Source: Pontiella sp.
Lineage (GTDB): Bacteria > Verrucomicrobiota > Kiritimatiellia > Kiritimatiellales > Pontiellaceae
Direction of reading: 5' to 3'
NCBI GenBank assembly: GCA_050290185.1
Contig: JBNKHE010000001.1
Coordinates: 130,713-194,712, forward strand
DNA: 64,000 nt
Shown: positions 31,626-41,231 of the stretch, piece by piece
Numbering within the stretch: position 1 is the first letter of the stretch
How the letters are laid out: each line of letters opens with the position of its first letter
Notes under the pieces: generated by a model
What the model was told of the DNA's origin: nothing
What the model saw: the letters and a program-made list of their open reading frames with translations, nothing else
The model's database searches: none
Made by a program: the position numbers and the translations under genes

Positions 31626-32210
31626 ATGAACCCGGATCAAACCATCATAACATTACTTACCGAATACCAGTGGCCCGCCATCTTCATCGGCGCATTTCTA
31701 TTCGGAGAAACGGTCATCATTGCGGCGGCCTTTCTGGCGGCCGGCGGCCTTTGGACACTAACGGATGTATTCTGGCTATCACTCGCCGGAACCATAACTT
31801 CCGATAGTACATGGTTCCTGTTTGGCCAAAAGATTCTTCCTTTATTCAACCGAGGCAAACAGCAGAAAGAACGGCAGCAACGGATACTCGCTTCCGTTGA
31901 AACGGCAACAGGAGGAAAACCGCTCGCCCTCATGCTGTGCGCAAAGTTCGTCTACGGAACCCGCATTCTGACCATTGTCTACCTCTCCAGACTGAAGCTC
32001 CCCTATTCTTCTTTCGCGGCATTCGATACCGCGAGCAGCACGATATGGCTGGCCGTGGTCTGTGCGATAGGCTGGCTCACAGGAAAAAGCATGGTCAATC
32101 TTGCACCCTACCTCAATCAATTCAAATATGCGGCGCTGTTTCTGATTCTGATCATCGTGATCTTCAAGATAGGTACAGTATGGCTCAGCAAGAAAATAAC
32201 CAATGGGTAA
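31626..32210 (+). CDS. DedA/VTT family membrane protein
   Basis: FIGAFLFGET, SDSTWFLFG, KFVYGTR. Confidence 0.85.
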   Translation: MNPDQTIITLLTEYQWPAIFIGAFLFGETVIIAAAFLAAGGLWTLTDVFWLSLAGTITSDSTWFLFGQKILPLFNRGKQQKERQQRILASVETATGGKPLALMLCAKFVYGTRILTIVYLSRLKLPYSSFAAFDTASSTIWLAVVCAIGWLTGKSMVNLAPYLNQFKYAALFLILIIVIFKIGTVWLSKKITNG

Positions 32211-33172
32211 CCGCCATCGTTCCGGCGTACAACGAGGCCTCGCGGATCAGCAAGGTGCTGGAGGTGCTTGCCGCCCATCCCGGTATCGACGAGGTAATCG
32301 TGGTCGATGACGGATCTTCCGACAACACGGAAAATGCCGTGAAGGCCTTCAACGTGACCTATGTCCGCAACGCCGAAAACAAAGGGAAGGGCTACTCGAT
32401 GGATCGCGGCGTAGCCCTCGCAAGAAACAGCGTAATCTTCTTCTGCGATGCGGATGTCATCGGTCTCACGCACGACATTGTCGATGAAATCATACGCCCG
32501 GTTGCTGCCGGAGAAACCGGCATGTTCATCGGGATGCGGAACCGGAAATGGTATGCCGTCCATCAAATTATATCGTTCGTCCCCCTGTTGGGCGGAGAGC
32601 GCGCCGTGACCAGATGCCTGTGGCAAAAGATCCCTGGCTACTACAAGCGTTTCTTCCGGATCGAATCGGCGCTGAATTTCTATGCGATCTACTATGGCGA
32701 CGGGTTTCAATACAAGATTTTCAAAGGGCTGTCCCAGGTCATCAAGGAAAGGAAATACGGCATCAGGAACGGCATCAAGCAACGCTGGCGCATGTTCTAC
32801 CACATCTTCTCCGCCCAGCTTAAACTACAGTTTGTCCACGTTCCCGAATCCACCCGGAACAGGCGGCTGCTCGCTGTTATTTCCCTGCAAAGCCTGCTGG
32901 GCATGGCACTGGGCGTATTGGTCTTTGCTGCCGTTTATTATGGTCCATCCGATTTCATAAGGGCTGTTTTTGCCGAAGAACTGGCGGAGGACTCCACCGC
33001 CCCGTTCGTTCAGTTTCTGTTGGATTTCACCAACGTCACGGCAGCAAGCACGATGAATACAATCGGCGCCATTATCTTTTTCCCCAACGCCTTTACGTTC
33101 ATTCTAACATGCAGAAAGTTAGGGGATTTAGTCTGCGGATGGACCTACAAAATCAAGAACAACAAGTCGTAG
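32180..33172 (+). CDS. GT2 glycosyltransferase with C-terminal TM helices
   Basis: IVPAYNE, VVDDGSSD, NKGKG, FCDAD; start uncertain. Confidence 0.85.
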   Translation: MAQQENNQWVTAIVPAYNEASRISKVLEVLAAHPGIDEVIVVDDGSSDNTENAVKAFNVTYVRNAENKGKGYSMDRGVALARNSVIFFCDADVIGLTHDIVDEIIRPVAAGETGMFIGMRNRKWYAVHQIISFVPLLGGERAVTRCLWQKIPGYYKRFFRIESALNFYAIYYGDGFQYKIFKGLSQVIKERKYGIRNGIKQRWRMFYHIFSAQLKLQFVHVPESTRNRRLLAVISLQSLLGMALGVLVFAAVYYGPSDFIRAVFAEELAEDSTAPFVQFLLDFTNVTAASTMNTIGAIIFFPNAFTFILTCRKLGDLVCGWTYKIKNNKS

Positions 33173-33195
33173 TCCAACGAACCCTTAAATGCAAA

Positions 33196-33219
33196 AACCG
33201 GGCAGAAATCTGCCCGGTT
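33196..33219. terminator. Intrinsic terminator hairpin between convergent genes
   Basis: AACCGGGCAGA-aa-TCTGCCCGGTT preceded by an A-tract. Confidence 0.75.
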
Positions 33220-33250
33220 CAATGCTGTTCGGAAAGTCCGGTTCGTTGAC

Positions 33251-34471
33251 TCAGTCCAATGTGTTGACCAGTAGCCCGGAACGCAGCTTCGGTTCGAACC
33301 AGGTGCTCTTGGGCGGCATCAGCATACCGGCATCAGCCACGGAAAAAAGCTGATCCATAGAAGTGGGATACATCGAAAACGCCAAAACAGCGCGCCCGTC
33401 ATCGACCCATTTTTCCAGCTCCGCCGTGCCTTTGATTCCGCCGATGAAATCAATGTCGTTGCTTTCGCGCGGATCCGCAATATTCAGGATCGGGGCCAGC
33501 ACGTCGTTCTGCAGGATGCTCACGTCGAGCACCGCGACAGGATCGGTGGCTTCGGGAAGCTGTTTCGGCGTGAGAGTGCTCCACTGGCCATCGATGTACA
33601 TGCAGATCTCACCGGCTTTGCGCGGGACCGCTACGCCGTTCTGCTCCACCGTGAATGTTGAGTTCAGTGCTGCATGAAAATCATCCTTGGTTCCGGGAAG
33701 GGTCAGAATCACACGGTTGTAGGCCAGAATTTTCAGCTCGCTTTCTGGGAACATCACGGCCAGGAAATAATTGTAGGCTTCTTCGCCGGTATGGTTCGGA
33801 TTGGCCGCGCGGCGCAGGGCGCCCACTTTTGCGGCCGAAGCGGAACGGTGATGCCCGTCTGCCACGTAGGTGGCGGGGATTTCGCCGAAAGCGGCTTCCA
33901 GCTCGGCGGCGTTTTCGAATTTCCAAACGGTGTGGGTCACGCCATCTTCGGCGGTAAACTTGTAGAGCGGCTCCGTGCTCTTGGTGGCATCCACAACGGC
34001 GTTGATTTTTGCACTGTCACGATAGGCCAGGAACACGGGGCCGGTGTTCGCGTTCTGGGTATCCACGTAGCGGATGCGGTCCTCTTCCTTCACCCGGCGT
34101 GTCTTTTCGTGGATCTTGATCTTGCCCGTTTCATAGTCCTCGATGTGACAGGTCGCCACGATGCCGAACTGGACATGATCGCCCATTTGCTGGCTGTAGA
34201 GATAGATAGAGGGATCCGTTTCGCGCACCAGAATGCCGTCGTCCATCAGGCGCTGGAGGTTGGCCTTGGCTTGCGCATAGACCTCATCGCTGTAAGGATT
34301 GGTGCCTTCCGGCAGATCAATCTCCGCGCGCACGACATGCAGAAAGCTGTCCGGATTGCCCGCTGCCAGAGCGGCCGCCTGTTTGGAATCCACCACATCA
34401 TACGGAACGGATGCAACGGTTTCCGCTTTACCCTCTGCCGGGCGCCATGCCTTGAATGCCTTTACTTTCAT
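33251..34471 (-). CDS. DUF1015 family protein
   Basis: PYDVV, KIHEKT, YVADGHHRSA, MPPKSTWFEPKLRSGL. Confidence 0.93.
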   Translation of the reverse strand: MKVKAFKAWRPAEGKAETVASVPYDVVDSKQAAALAAGNPDSFLHVVRAEIDLPEGTNPYSDEVYAQAKANLQRLMDDGILVRETDPSIYLYSQQMGDHVQFGIVATCHIEDYETGKIKIHEKTRRVKEEDRIRYVDTQNANTGPVFLAYRDSAKINAVVDATKSTEPLYKFTAEDGVTHTVWKFENAAELEAAFGEIPATYVADGHHRSASAAKVGALRRAANPNHTGEEAYNYFLAVMFPESELKILAYNRVILTLPGTKDDFHAALNSTFTVEQNGVAVPRKAGEICMYIDGQWSTLTPKQLPEATDPVAVLDVSILQNDVLAPILNIADPRESNDIDFIGGIKGTAELEKWVDDGRAVLAFSMYPTSMDQLFSVADAGMLMPPKSTWFEPKLRSGLLVNTLD

Positions 34472-34551
34472 CGAAAATCTCCTGTGTTGTAAATTGAAGG
34501 GGCGCACTCTAATGCGCCCCCTCGCCATTGTCAAAAGCCTGTATTGAAAAC

Positions 34552-35541
34552 CTATTCCTGTTCCGGTTTCGGTGCGCGCGACATCAGATCGATCACGGCC
34601 TGGCGCGGATCCTTGCCATCATGGACGACGGCGTTGACCTCTTCGGTGATCGGTACGGGAACGCCCAGTTCGGCGGCCAGCTCCTTGGCGGCCTGGCAGT
34701 TCCAGACACCTTCGGCCACCATCTTCATACCCGCCATGATATCCTGCAGGGTCTCCCCCTTGCCGAGCCGTTCGCCTACGCCGCGGTTACGGCTGTGCCG
34801 GCTCATGCAGGTCACCATCAGATCACCGATTCCGCTGAGTCCCATGAAGGTCTCTGGCTTGGCGCCCAACGCGGTCCCGAGGCGGGTAATCTCCGCAATG
34901 CCGCGTGTCATGAGCGCCGCCTTGGTATTGTCGCCGAATCCCATGCCATCGCTGATCCCGGCGGCCACGGCAATCACGTTTTTGAGTGCGCCACCCAGTT
35001 CAACACCGATCACATCGTCAAGCGTGTAGACGCGAAATGCGTCGTTCAGGAACAGCGCCTGGATCTGCTCGGCAACCGCATGGTCTTTCGCCGCAATCGC
35101 CACGGCACAGGGGACGCCGCGCGCAACCTCTTCCGCATGGCTGGGACCGGAAAGCACAGCCACTTCATGATCAAGAATTTTGCCCGCCACCTCGCTCATG
35201 CGTTCGTGCGTCTTTTCATCAAGCCCTTTGGTCGCGCTGACCACCAAGGCGTTGGCGGGAATGAACGGTTTGAAGGATTCCACGGTGTCTTTGTAGAACC
35301 GTGACGGCACAACCAGCACCACCAGACCGGCATTCTGAACCGCGGCTTCGCGATCGGACGTCCACGAAATCGAAACGGGAATGTCGACACCAGGCAGATA
35401 GGTTTTGTTTTCGCCATTGGACTGGATCTCATTGATCTGTTCCTGAAACGGCCCCCACACCGTCGTATCGTGGCCATTGCGATCCAACACCATGGCCAAG
35501 GCGGTTCCCCAGCCTCCATCGCCGATTACCGTTACCTTCAT
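34552..35541 (-). CDS. gpsA: NAD(P)H-dependent glycerol-3-phosphate dehydrogenase
   Basis: GDGGWGTA, SGPSHAEEV, GALKNV, GDLMVTC.S.HSRNR. Confidence 0.97.
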   Translation of the reverse strand: MKVTVIGDGGWGTALAMVLDRNGHDTTVWGPFQEQINEIQSNGENKTYLPGVDIPVSISWTSDREAAVQNAGLVVLVVPSRFYKDTVESFKPFIPANALVVSATKGLDEKTHERMSEVAGKILDHEVAVLSGPSHAEEVARGVPCAVAIAAKDHAVAEQIQALFLNDAFRVYTLDDVIGVELGGALKNVIAVAAGISDGMGFGDNTKAALMTRGIAEITRLGTALGAKPETFMGLSGIGDLMVTCMSRHSRNRGVGERLGKGETLQDIMAGMKMVAEGVWNCQAAKELAAELGVPVPITEEVNAVVHDGKDPRQAVIDLMSRAPKPEQE

Positions 35542-36140
35542 ACTGCAGTCTCCTTTTTCTTCCCGAACCGGTTTTCTGTGCCGTTGAGCAACCGTTTTAT
35601 ATTGGCGCGATGCAACCAGATCACCAGCATAGACAGAATGGTCAACGCGATGTTGATGACCAAACCCTTGTCCAGAATCCAGACCGCGACGGCCACGGCA
35701 ACCGCGGCCACAATCGAGGACAGTGAAACGATGCGGGAAATCACCAGGCAAATCACCCAGCATAAAAAGCCTACACCCACGGCCGCCGGCGCGACCCCTA
35801 GCAGCATGCCGGCACTGGTGGCGACGCCCTTGCCTCCCTTGAACTTCAGATAGACCGGGAAGCTATGGCCCAGAATGGCCACAATGCCGAATAACACGCC
35901 CCATTCGGCTTCCATCCCGGCAATTCTTGGAAATACAAAGGCGGGGATGAATCCCTTCAGCGCATCGAGAACAAAGGTAAAGATGCCCCACCCTTCCCCT
36001 ATGACCCGGAAGACATTGGTGGCTCCGATGTTACCGCTGCCTTGCTGGCGGATATCCACACCGCGCGATTTGGCCACGAGCAACCCGAAAGGAACTGCGC
36101 CGAACAGATAGGCCACGATAATTAAAACAATCTTTTCCAT
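35538..36140 (-). CDS. plsY: Glycerol-3-phosphate acyltransferase PlsY
   Basis: GSGNIGATN, GHSFP...FKGGKGVAT, HRANIKRL. Confidence 0.97.
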   Translation of the reverse strand: MEKIVLIIVAYLFGAVPFGLLVAKSRGVDIRQQGSGNIGATNVFRVIGEGWGIFTFVLDALKGFIPAFVFPRIAGMEAEWGVLFGIVAILGHSFPVYLKFKGGKGVATSAGMLLGVAPAAVGVGFLCWVICLVISRIVSLSSIVAAVAVAVAVWILDKGLVINIALTILSMLVIWLHRANIKRLLNGTENRFGKKKETAV

Positions 36141-36148
36141 ATAAAACC

Positions 36149-37522
36149 CTAGTCCCCAAACAGTTTGCGCCCGAGCCCCTTCAAGCCCTCCTTAAGCGCT
36201 TCATTATCCCCGATCTCCTCAACCTCATCCCCCAGAATGTCCACAATGGTATCCGACGTTGACTGGGAGGTCGTGTTTGTATCGGATGGCTTGCCGCCTG
36301 CCAAATCCTTTAAAACCTTCTTTGCAGCTTCGTTATCGCCGATTTCCTCCACATGCTTTCCGAGGATCTCCACCGCGGCATCGGTCATATTTTCCGGCGG
36401 TTCGTCCAGCCCGGCTTCTTTCGCGGCGGCCCCTTTAAGAAAGGCGTTCATCAATGACTGTGTATTTCCGCCAAACGCCCTGATCAAAGACTCCTGCACA
36501 TCGACGAAAGGCTCCTGCAGGGTGCCCTTGACCGGCACAGGAAAACGCAAGGCATCGATCGACCCCATTCCACCCAGCTTCCTGGCCAGCTTGTCTTCCA
36601 TCCGGATGTTCTTCAGGTTTAGCGAGAACGACGAATCCTCGAAACGGTTGTTGCGGCAATGCAGTTGGGGGTCGAATCCGAACGGAGCCGAACGGATACC
36701 CATTTTATCGTAGACCTCTTCCATGATCTTCGGATCGATTTCCATGATCCGGCCGGTAAGATCGAACGACAAGGATGCCGGATCCGTGACCGGAGCAAGG
36801 TTCAGCTCCAGCTCAGTGATAAAACTGGTCTTGTCGTCGCCTAGCGATCCAGTGAGATTTAATTGGCCCCATACGGCAGCCGGATCACGTTGCGTGCCGA
36901 GTTTCTTGCCGGTCACCCTCAAATCCAGCGCTATATCCAGCTGGTTCAGCTTCAAGTCGACATAGCGCACCCGGGTTTGACATGCCAGAGCTTCAATCAG
37001 GATTTCCGGCAACGGCTTCGGCGCTTCAGCACCAGGCCCGCCTTCGGCCGGGGGCTGCTCGCCTGCGGGTTTCCCGGTTTCAGGCAACGGTTCTTCGCCT
37101 TTAGAGGAAGGGGGTTGAGGCAGCCCTTCCTGCAGCTTGTTGAGATTGATCTCGCCATCCTTGTTGCGGACCACATTGACGAGCGCGTCATCAATCGTAA
37201 CGTTCTTTACGCGAACGAGCTTTTGCTTCAGCAACGAAGGAATATCAACCTCAACTTCGACCTTCTCCACCGAGGCCAGGTTTTCCAGCAGGAAACCCTC
37301 CGGATTCCGAACGGCAATGCCTTTGAGGTAGAGCCGGCCCTGCACGACATTAATCGACAATCCCTCAACCCGGACCTCGATACCTGTTTCCTGCTGTACA
37401 CGTGGCAGCACCACTTCGCGCATCGCCTTCGTGAGTCCGAATTGCAGGAAAAGATGCAATCCGATCAAAATGACGAGTCCCAAACCAAATATGGCTCCAA
37501 CGACCTTGAATGTTGTTTTCAT
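36149..37522 (-). CDS. AsmA-family envelope protein
   Basis: N-terminal TM, 'L.GIAVRNPEGF', 'VRNKDGEINL', 'VKGTLQEP' C-terminus. Confidence 0.7.
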   Translation of the reverse strand: MKTTFKVVGAIFGLGLVILIGLHLFLQFGLTKAMREVVLPRVQQETGIEVRVEGLSINVVQGRLYLKGIAVRNPEGFLLENLASVEKVEVEVDIPSLLKQKLVRVKNVTIDDALVNVVRNKDGEINLNKLQEGLPQPPSSKGEEPLPETGKPAGEQPPAEGGPGAEAPKPLPEILIEALACQTRVRYVDLKLNQLDIALDLRVTGKKLGTQRDPAAVWGQLNLTGSLGDDKTSFITELELNLAPVTDPASLSFDLTGRIMEIDPKIMEEVYDKMGIRSAPFGFDPQLHCRNNRFEDSSFSLNLKNIRMEDKLARKLGGMGSIDALRFPVPVKGTLQEPFVDVQESLIRAFGGNTQSLMNAFLKGAAAKEAGLDEPPENMTDAAVEILGKHVEEIGDNEAAKKVLKDLAGGKPSDTNTTSQSTSDTIVDILGDEVEEIGDNEALKEGLKGLGRKLFGD

Positions 37523-37640
37523 GCTACTCCCGGTTATGGGTGAAAGGATACAAAAACTGACTCAATATGCCATGGAACGTTGCACAAAAAAACATCCGGT
37601 GAATTTGCGTTGATCCCCAAGAATCCCTATCTTCTGGCAA

Positions 37641-38144
37641 ATGGGTCTATTCGCAAAAAAATTCACCATCATCGTCGCCTGCCGCGCCAACATCACGCGC
37701 AGTGCCTATCTGCACGCCTATATGGAGCACTACCTGAAAGAGCATATGCCCTATGCCCGGAAGAAAGTGAGGATTCTCTCCGCCGGAGTCGAGGCGCGTA
37801 CCGGAAGTTCGGCCAGCCAGGTGGTCAAGCACGTCGCCCGGACGCGTGGATTCAGCCTGGGCAACCACCGCTCCGACCCCTTCACTAAAAAGCTGGTTAA
37901 GCAGGCGGATGTCATTCTGGTTATGGAACAATGGCAGAAAGATATGTTGCTTGACCGGTTCCCGCAGGCAAAGGGCAAAACCTTCCGGCTCATGGAATAC
38001 CTCTGGCACGACGATCCCGAAGAGATTTGTGATATTCCCGACCCCACCGGCCAAAACACCGCCGACTACGAGGAGTTCCTCGATGCCGCCCATGCCGAAG
38101 TCGACCGCATCTTCCGTGAACTCGGCCGCGAAGGAATCATCTGA
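37641..38144 (+). CDS. Low-molecular-weight protein tyrosine/arginine phosphatase family
   Basis: CX5R loop CRANITRS, SAG, ADVILVM, DIPDP. Confidence 0.85.
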   Translation: MGLFAKKFTIIVACRANITRSAYLHAYMEHYLKEHMPYARKKVRILSAGVEARTGSSASQVVKHVARTRGFSLGNHRSDPFTKKLVKQADVILVMEQWQKDMLLDRFPQAKGKTFRLMEYLWHDDPEEICDIPDPTGQNTADYEEFLDAAHAEVDRIFRELGREGII

Positions 38145-38158
38145 TTCGTCGTCCACCT

Positions 38159-39697
38159 ATGAAAGATGAACAAGGCAACCGAATCGTGCCGCATAAACGG
38201 ATTTGGCATGTCGTTATTCCGGTCGTATTGCTTCTTGTCCTGTTGCCGGGCATCCTGAAGTTCATTGCCAACGGTATTGTTCTTCCCTCCAAGTTTTCGG
38301 ATGCCGGCAACCCGCTGGTTTCGGGGAGGATCAATCGACTGGGCTATACCGGATTGACGGCGCAAAATCTCGTAATCGATGCCGGCGGCATGCAACTACA
38401 AGTCCCCCAGGCAAGGATTGAATACACGCCCTGGCTGTTGGCGCGAAAACGGTTCAAATCAGCCACGGCGCAAATTACCTCGGAATCAAGGATTGCTTTC
38501 GAGACGGAGGTCGCTGCCCGTGATGTCCATTTTTCCCCGGATGGCGTTTCGGCGGCGCTATTCGCCGAATGTTCATACATAAAGTCAGGCAGGTTCAATG
38601 TCGGCCCATTCACGGCTTCGACGCAGGTGGAGGGGAAAAGCGCGTCGATGGACTTCCATGTCCCGCTGCTGGATGGACGGCTTACGGCGAACGTGGCATT
38701 GGATGCCGATTGGAAAACGAATCCGGTCTATCGCGCCAAGGCAACGATCCCTCTCGGTTCAGAGGATGGTACCGCAGTGCAATTAACGGGGCTTGCGTCC
38801 GGGGTGAACGACCTGCTCGCCTCGGGACATGCCGAAGCAACGGTTTCAGGCTCGTCCAACGGCACCACAGTCGGGTTCGCGTTGGACATCGACACGCTGG
38901 CGTGGGCGGAGCACGACTTGAGCCTGAGCAATCTGAATACGGTCTGTACCATTCACTTCCCCGGTCCATTCCGATCGCTGCCGGAACAGCCACTGACCGT
39001 TGATCACCTATCGGTCGGGAAAATGAATTTTGATCACCTTCGGATGCACTATCAGCTGGAACCGGGTTCCGTGCTGTTCATCGAGTCGCTTGAACTGGAC
39101 TGGTGCGACGGGCGGGTGAACCTCTACAACACCCGGTTCCAACCCGGAACTACCGCGATGGAAGCCCAGCTGTTCTGCGACCGTCTTTCGCTGGAGCAGG
39201 TACTCTCAACCTTCGGTCTGGATAATTTTTCCGCCGGTGGCGAGCTCAACGGCCGGTTGCCGCTACGCTGGGATGAGCATGGACTGGGTATCGACGAGGG
39301 CTTTCTTTTCACCACACCCGGCCGTGGAGGAGTCTTCGCATTCGATACGGAGAAAGCCGCCGCCAGCGTCCTTCCTTCGGATTCCCTGCAGGGGGGCCAG
39401 CTCGGAATGGTATCTGCGGCGCTGGCAAATTTTAAATACGACTGGATCACCATGACGCTCAACAGTGAAGGCGAAGACCTTAAGATCCTCGTCGAAATCG
39501 CCGGAAAGCCGGTGAATGTGCTACCGTACGAATACGATGCGGAGCGTGGAACCTATATCAAGGTGGCACTTCGCTCCGGACGTGGCACCCGCCAGCCGAT
39601 GCGCTTCAATCTGAATTTAACAGTTCCGCTTAACCGGTTGCTTTGCTACGCTTCCGGTATCAATCGGCAGTGGAACCTTTTCAAGGCGAAACAATAA
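38159..39697 (+). CDS. ydbH: YdbH-like intermembrane lipid transport protein
   Basis: C-terminal 'GELNGRLP...ALANFKY...FNLNL'; directly upstream of ynbE/ydbL-like genes. Confidence 0.75.
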   Translation: MKDEQGNRIVPHKRIWHVVIPVVLLLVLLPGILKFIANGIVLPSKFSDAGNPLVSGRINRLGYTGLTAQNLVIDAGGMQLQVPQARIEYTPWLLARKRFKSATAQITSESRIAFETEVAARDVHFSPDGVSAALFAECSYIKSGRFNVGPFTASTQVEGKSASMDFHVPLLDGRLTANVALDADWKTNPVYRAKATIPLGSEDGTAVQLTGLASGVNDLLASGHAEATVSGSSNGTTVGFALDIDTLAWAEHDLSLSNLNTVCTIHFPGPFRSLPEQPLTVDHLSVGKMNFDHLRMHYQLEPGSVLFIESLELDWCDGRVNLYNTRFQPGTTAMEAQLFCDRLSLEQVLSTFGLDNFSAGGELNGRLPLRWDEHGLGIDEGFLFTTPGRGGVFAFDTEKAAASVLPSDSLQGGQLGMVSAALANFKYDWITMTLNSEGEDLKILVEIAGKPVNVLPYEYDAERGTYIKVALRSGRGTRQPMRFNLNLTVPLNRLLCYASGINRQWNLFKAKQ

Positions 39698-39706
39698 GCG
39701 GGAGGG

Positions 39707-39925
39707 ATGGGTATGAGTAAACACCTGTTATGGGTCGTGTTCGCAATGCTGACAGTAACCGGGTGCCATATCCGGCACGATGTAAAAATGGAACCGATCG
39801 AGATCACGCTCAACATCAACTTGAAGGTGGACCGGGAACTGGATAATTTCTTTGATGACATCGACCAGGCCGCTGCAACGGATCTGGCTGCGGACAAGCA
39901 ACCGGTTAAGGAGGAACAGCCATGA
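39707..39925 (+). CDS. ynbE: YnbE-like lipoprotein
   Basis: Lipobox VTGC, EPIEITLNINLKVDREL. Confidence 0.8.
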   Translation: MGMSKHLLWVVFAMLTVTGCHIRHDVKMEPIEITLNINLKVDRELDNFFDDIDQAAATDLAADKQPVKEEQP

Positions 39926-40290
39926 AGACTCGTATGACAAGACGCTTATCCATCGTTGTGCTCGCACTCTTCTGCTCGACGCTTGCCTTTGCCGCAGGAG
40001 AAAAGGAACGCATGCTCAAACGCGTCCCGAAAATCAATGCTCTCAAATCAGCCGGCATCATCGGAGAGACGGCCGACGGGTTGCTCGGCTTCGTCAAACC
40101 AAGCCCGGACAACCAGCCACTGGTGGAGGCCGAAAACAAGGACCGGCAAGCGGTCTATGCCGAAATCGCGAAAAAACAGAATGTGAGTGTAGAGACGGTG
40201 GCTAGGCGCCGTGCCCTGCAAATTGCAGAACAGGCCGTCCCCGGTCAATGGCTCCAGAATTCCGAAGGGAAATGGTACCAGAAGAAATAG
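39922..40290 (+). CDS. ydbL: YdbL (DUF1318) family protein
   Basis: GIIGETADGLL, ENKDRQAVYAEIA, GQWLQ...GKW. Confidence 0.88.
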   Translation: MKTRMTRRLSIVVLALFCSTLAFAAGEKERMLKRVPKINALKSAGIIGETADGLLGFVKPSPDNQPLVEAENKDRQAVYAEIAKKQNVSVETVARRRALQIAEQAVPGQWLQNSEGKWYQKK

Positions 40291-40549
40291 AGCTCCAGCT
40301 GGCTCACACCAAAGCCGTTCATATTCAACAGGTTGAACTCGATATCCGTCGATTGGTTGCTCATCCGGGCCGACCTTGAACAGGCCAGCCATCACGGTGC
40401 TGAATCCCATACCACCCCGCTGAACCCCAAGGCATTTCTTGATTTGTGACTGTCCATGATTGTCAGGCTTTGCTATCAGTATTCGTTGTTTAGTACATAT
40501 TGAAATGGGCATAGGCCACTCAACGTTTACAGAAGGAAGGCATACGATC

Positions 40550-41113
40550 ATGGATACAAAACTGGCTAATCCGGCACCGCTGGGACTGATGGGCTTCGGC
40601 ATGACCACCGTTCTGCTGAATATTCACAATGCGGGCTTCTTCCCGCTGGGCAGCATGATTCTGGCCATGGGACTCTGCTACGGCGGACTGGCGCAGGTTA
40701 TCGCCGGAATTCTGGAATTCAAGAAGGGGAACACCTTTGGACTGACGGCCTTCGTTTCCTACGGCTTTTTCTGGATCAGCCTTGTCACGCTCATCGTTCT
40801 GCCCAAGCTGGGACTGGCCGATTCGCCGCCACGCGCATTCATGGGATGCTATCTCGCCATGTGGGGCATCTTCACCGCCTACATGTTCATAGGAACGCTC
40901 AAGGCCAACCGTGCCCTGCAGACCATCTTCGGCTCGCTCACCGTGCTATTCTTCCTGCTGGCCGCTGAACACTTTGTTCCCAACGAACTGCTGGGGCACA
41001 TTGCCGGATGGGAAGGCATCTTCTGCGGAAGCAGCGCCATCTACCTCGCCATGGCCGAAGTTCTCAACGAACAGTATGGCCGCACCGTCCTTCCGATCGG
41101 CGCAATGGAGTAA
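40550..41113 (+). CDS. satP: Acetate/succinate uptake transporter (GPR1/FUN34/YaaH)
   Basis: LANPAPLGLMGFGMTT, GNTFG, SYGFFW. Confidence 0.95.
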   Translation: MDTKLANPAPLGLMGFGMTTVLLNIHNAGFFPLGSMILAMGLCYGGLAQVIAGILEFKKGNTFGLTAFVSYGFFWISLVTLIVLPKLGLADSPPRAFMGCYLAMWGIFTAYMFIGTLKANRALQTIFGSLTVLFFLLAAEHFVPNELLGHIAGWEGIFCGSSAIYLAMAEVLNEQYGRTVLPIGAME

Positions 41114-41231
41114 GTCAGCGTTTACCGAGTGGAACAAGACGGATTCCATCTAACACCTGAAAACAGGCAATCCGCCTTTTCCACTTCAAACCAACCAGGA
41201 GCCACCAGCACAACAAAGGAGTAGTAATCCC

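Noticed and set aside
40291..40549. Riboswitch or small gene upstream of satP (47250-47466 and 31455-31625 also examined)
   Set aside because: No recognisable RNA motif or convincing ORF by eye; an Rfam scan would be needed.
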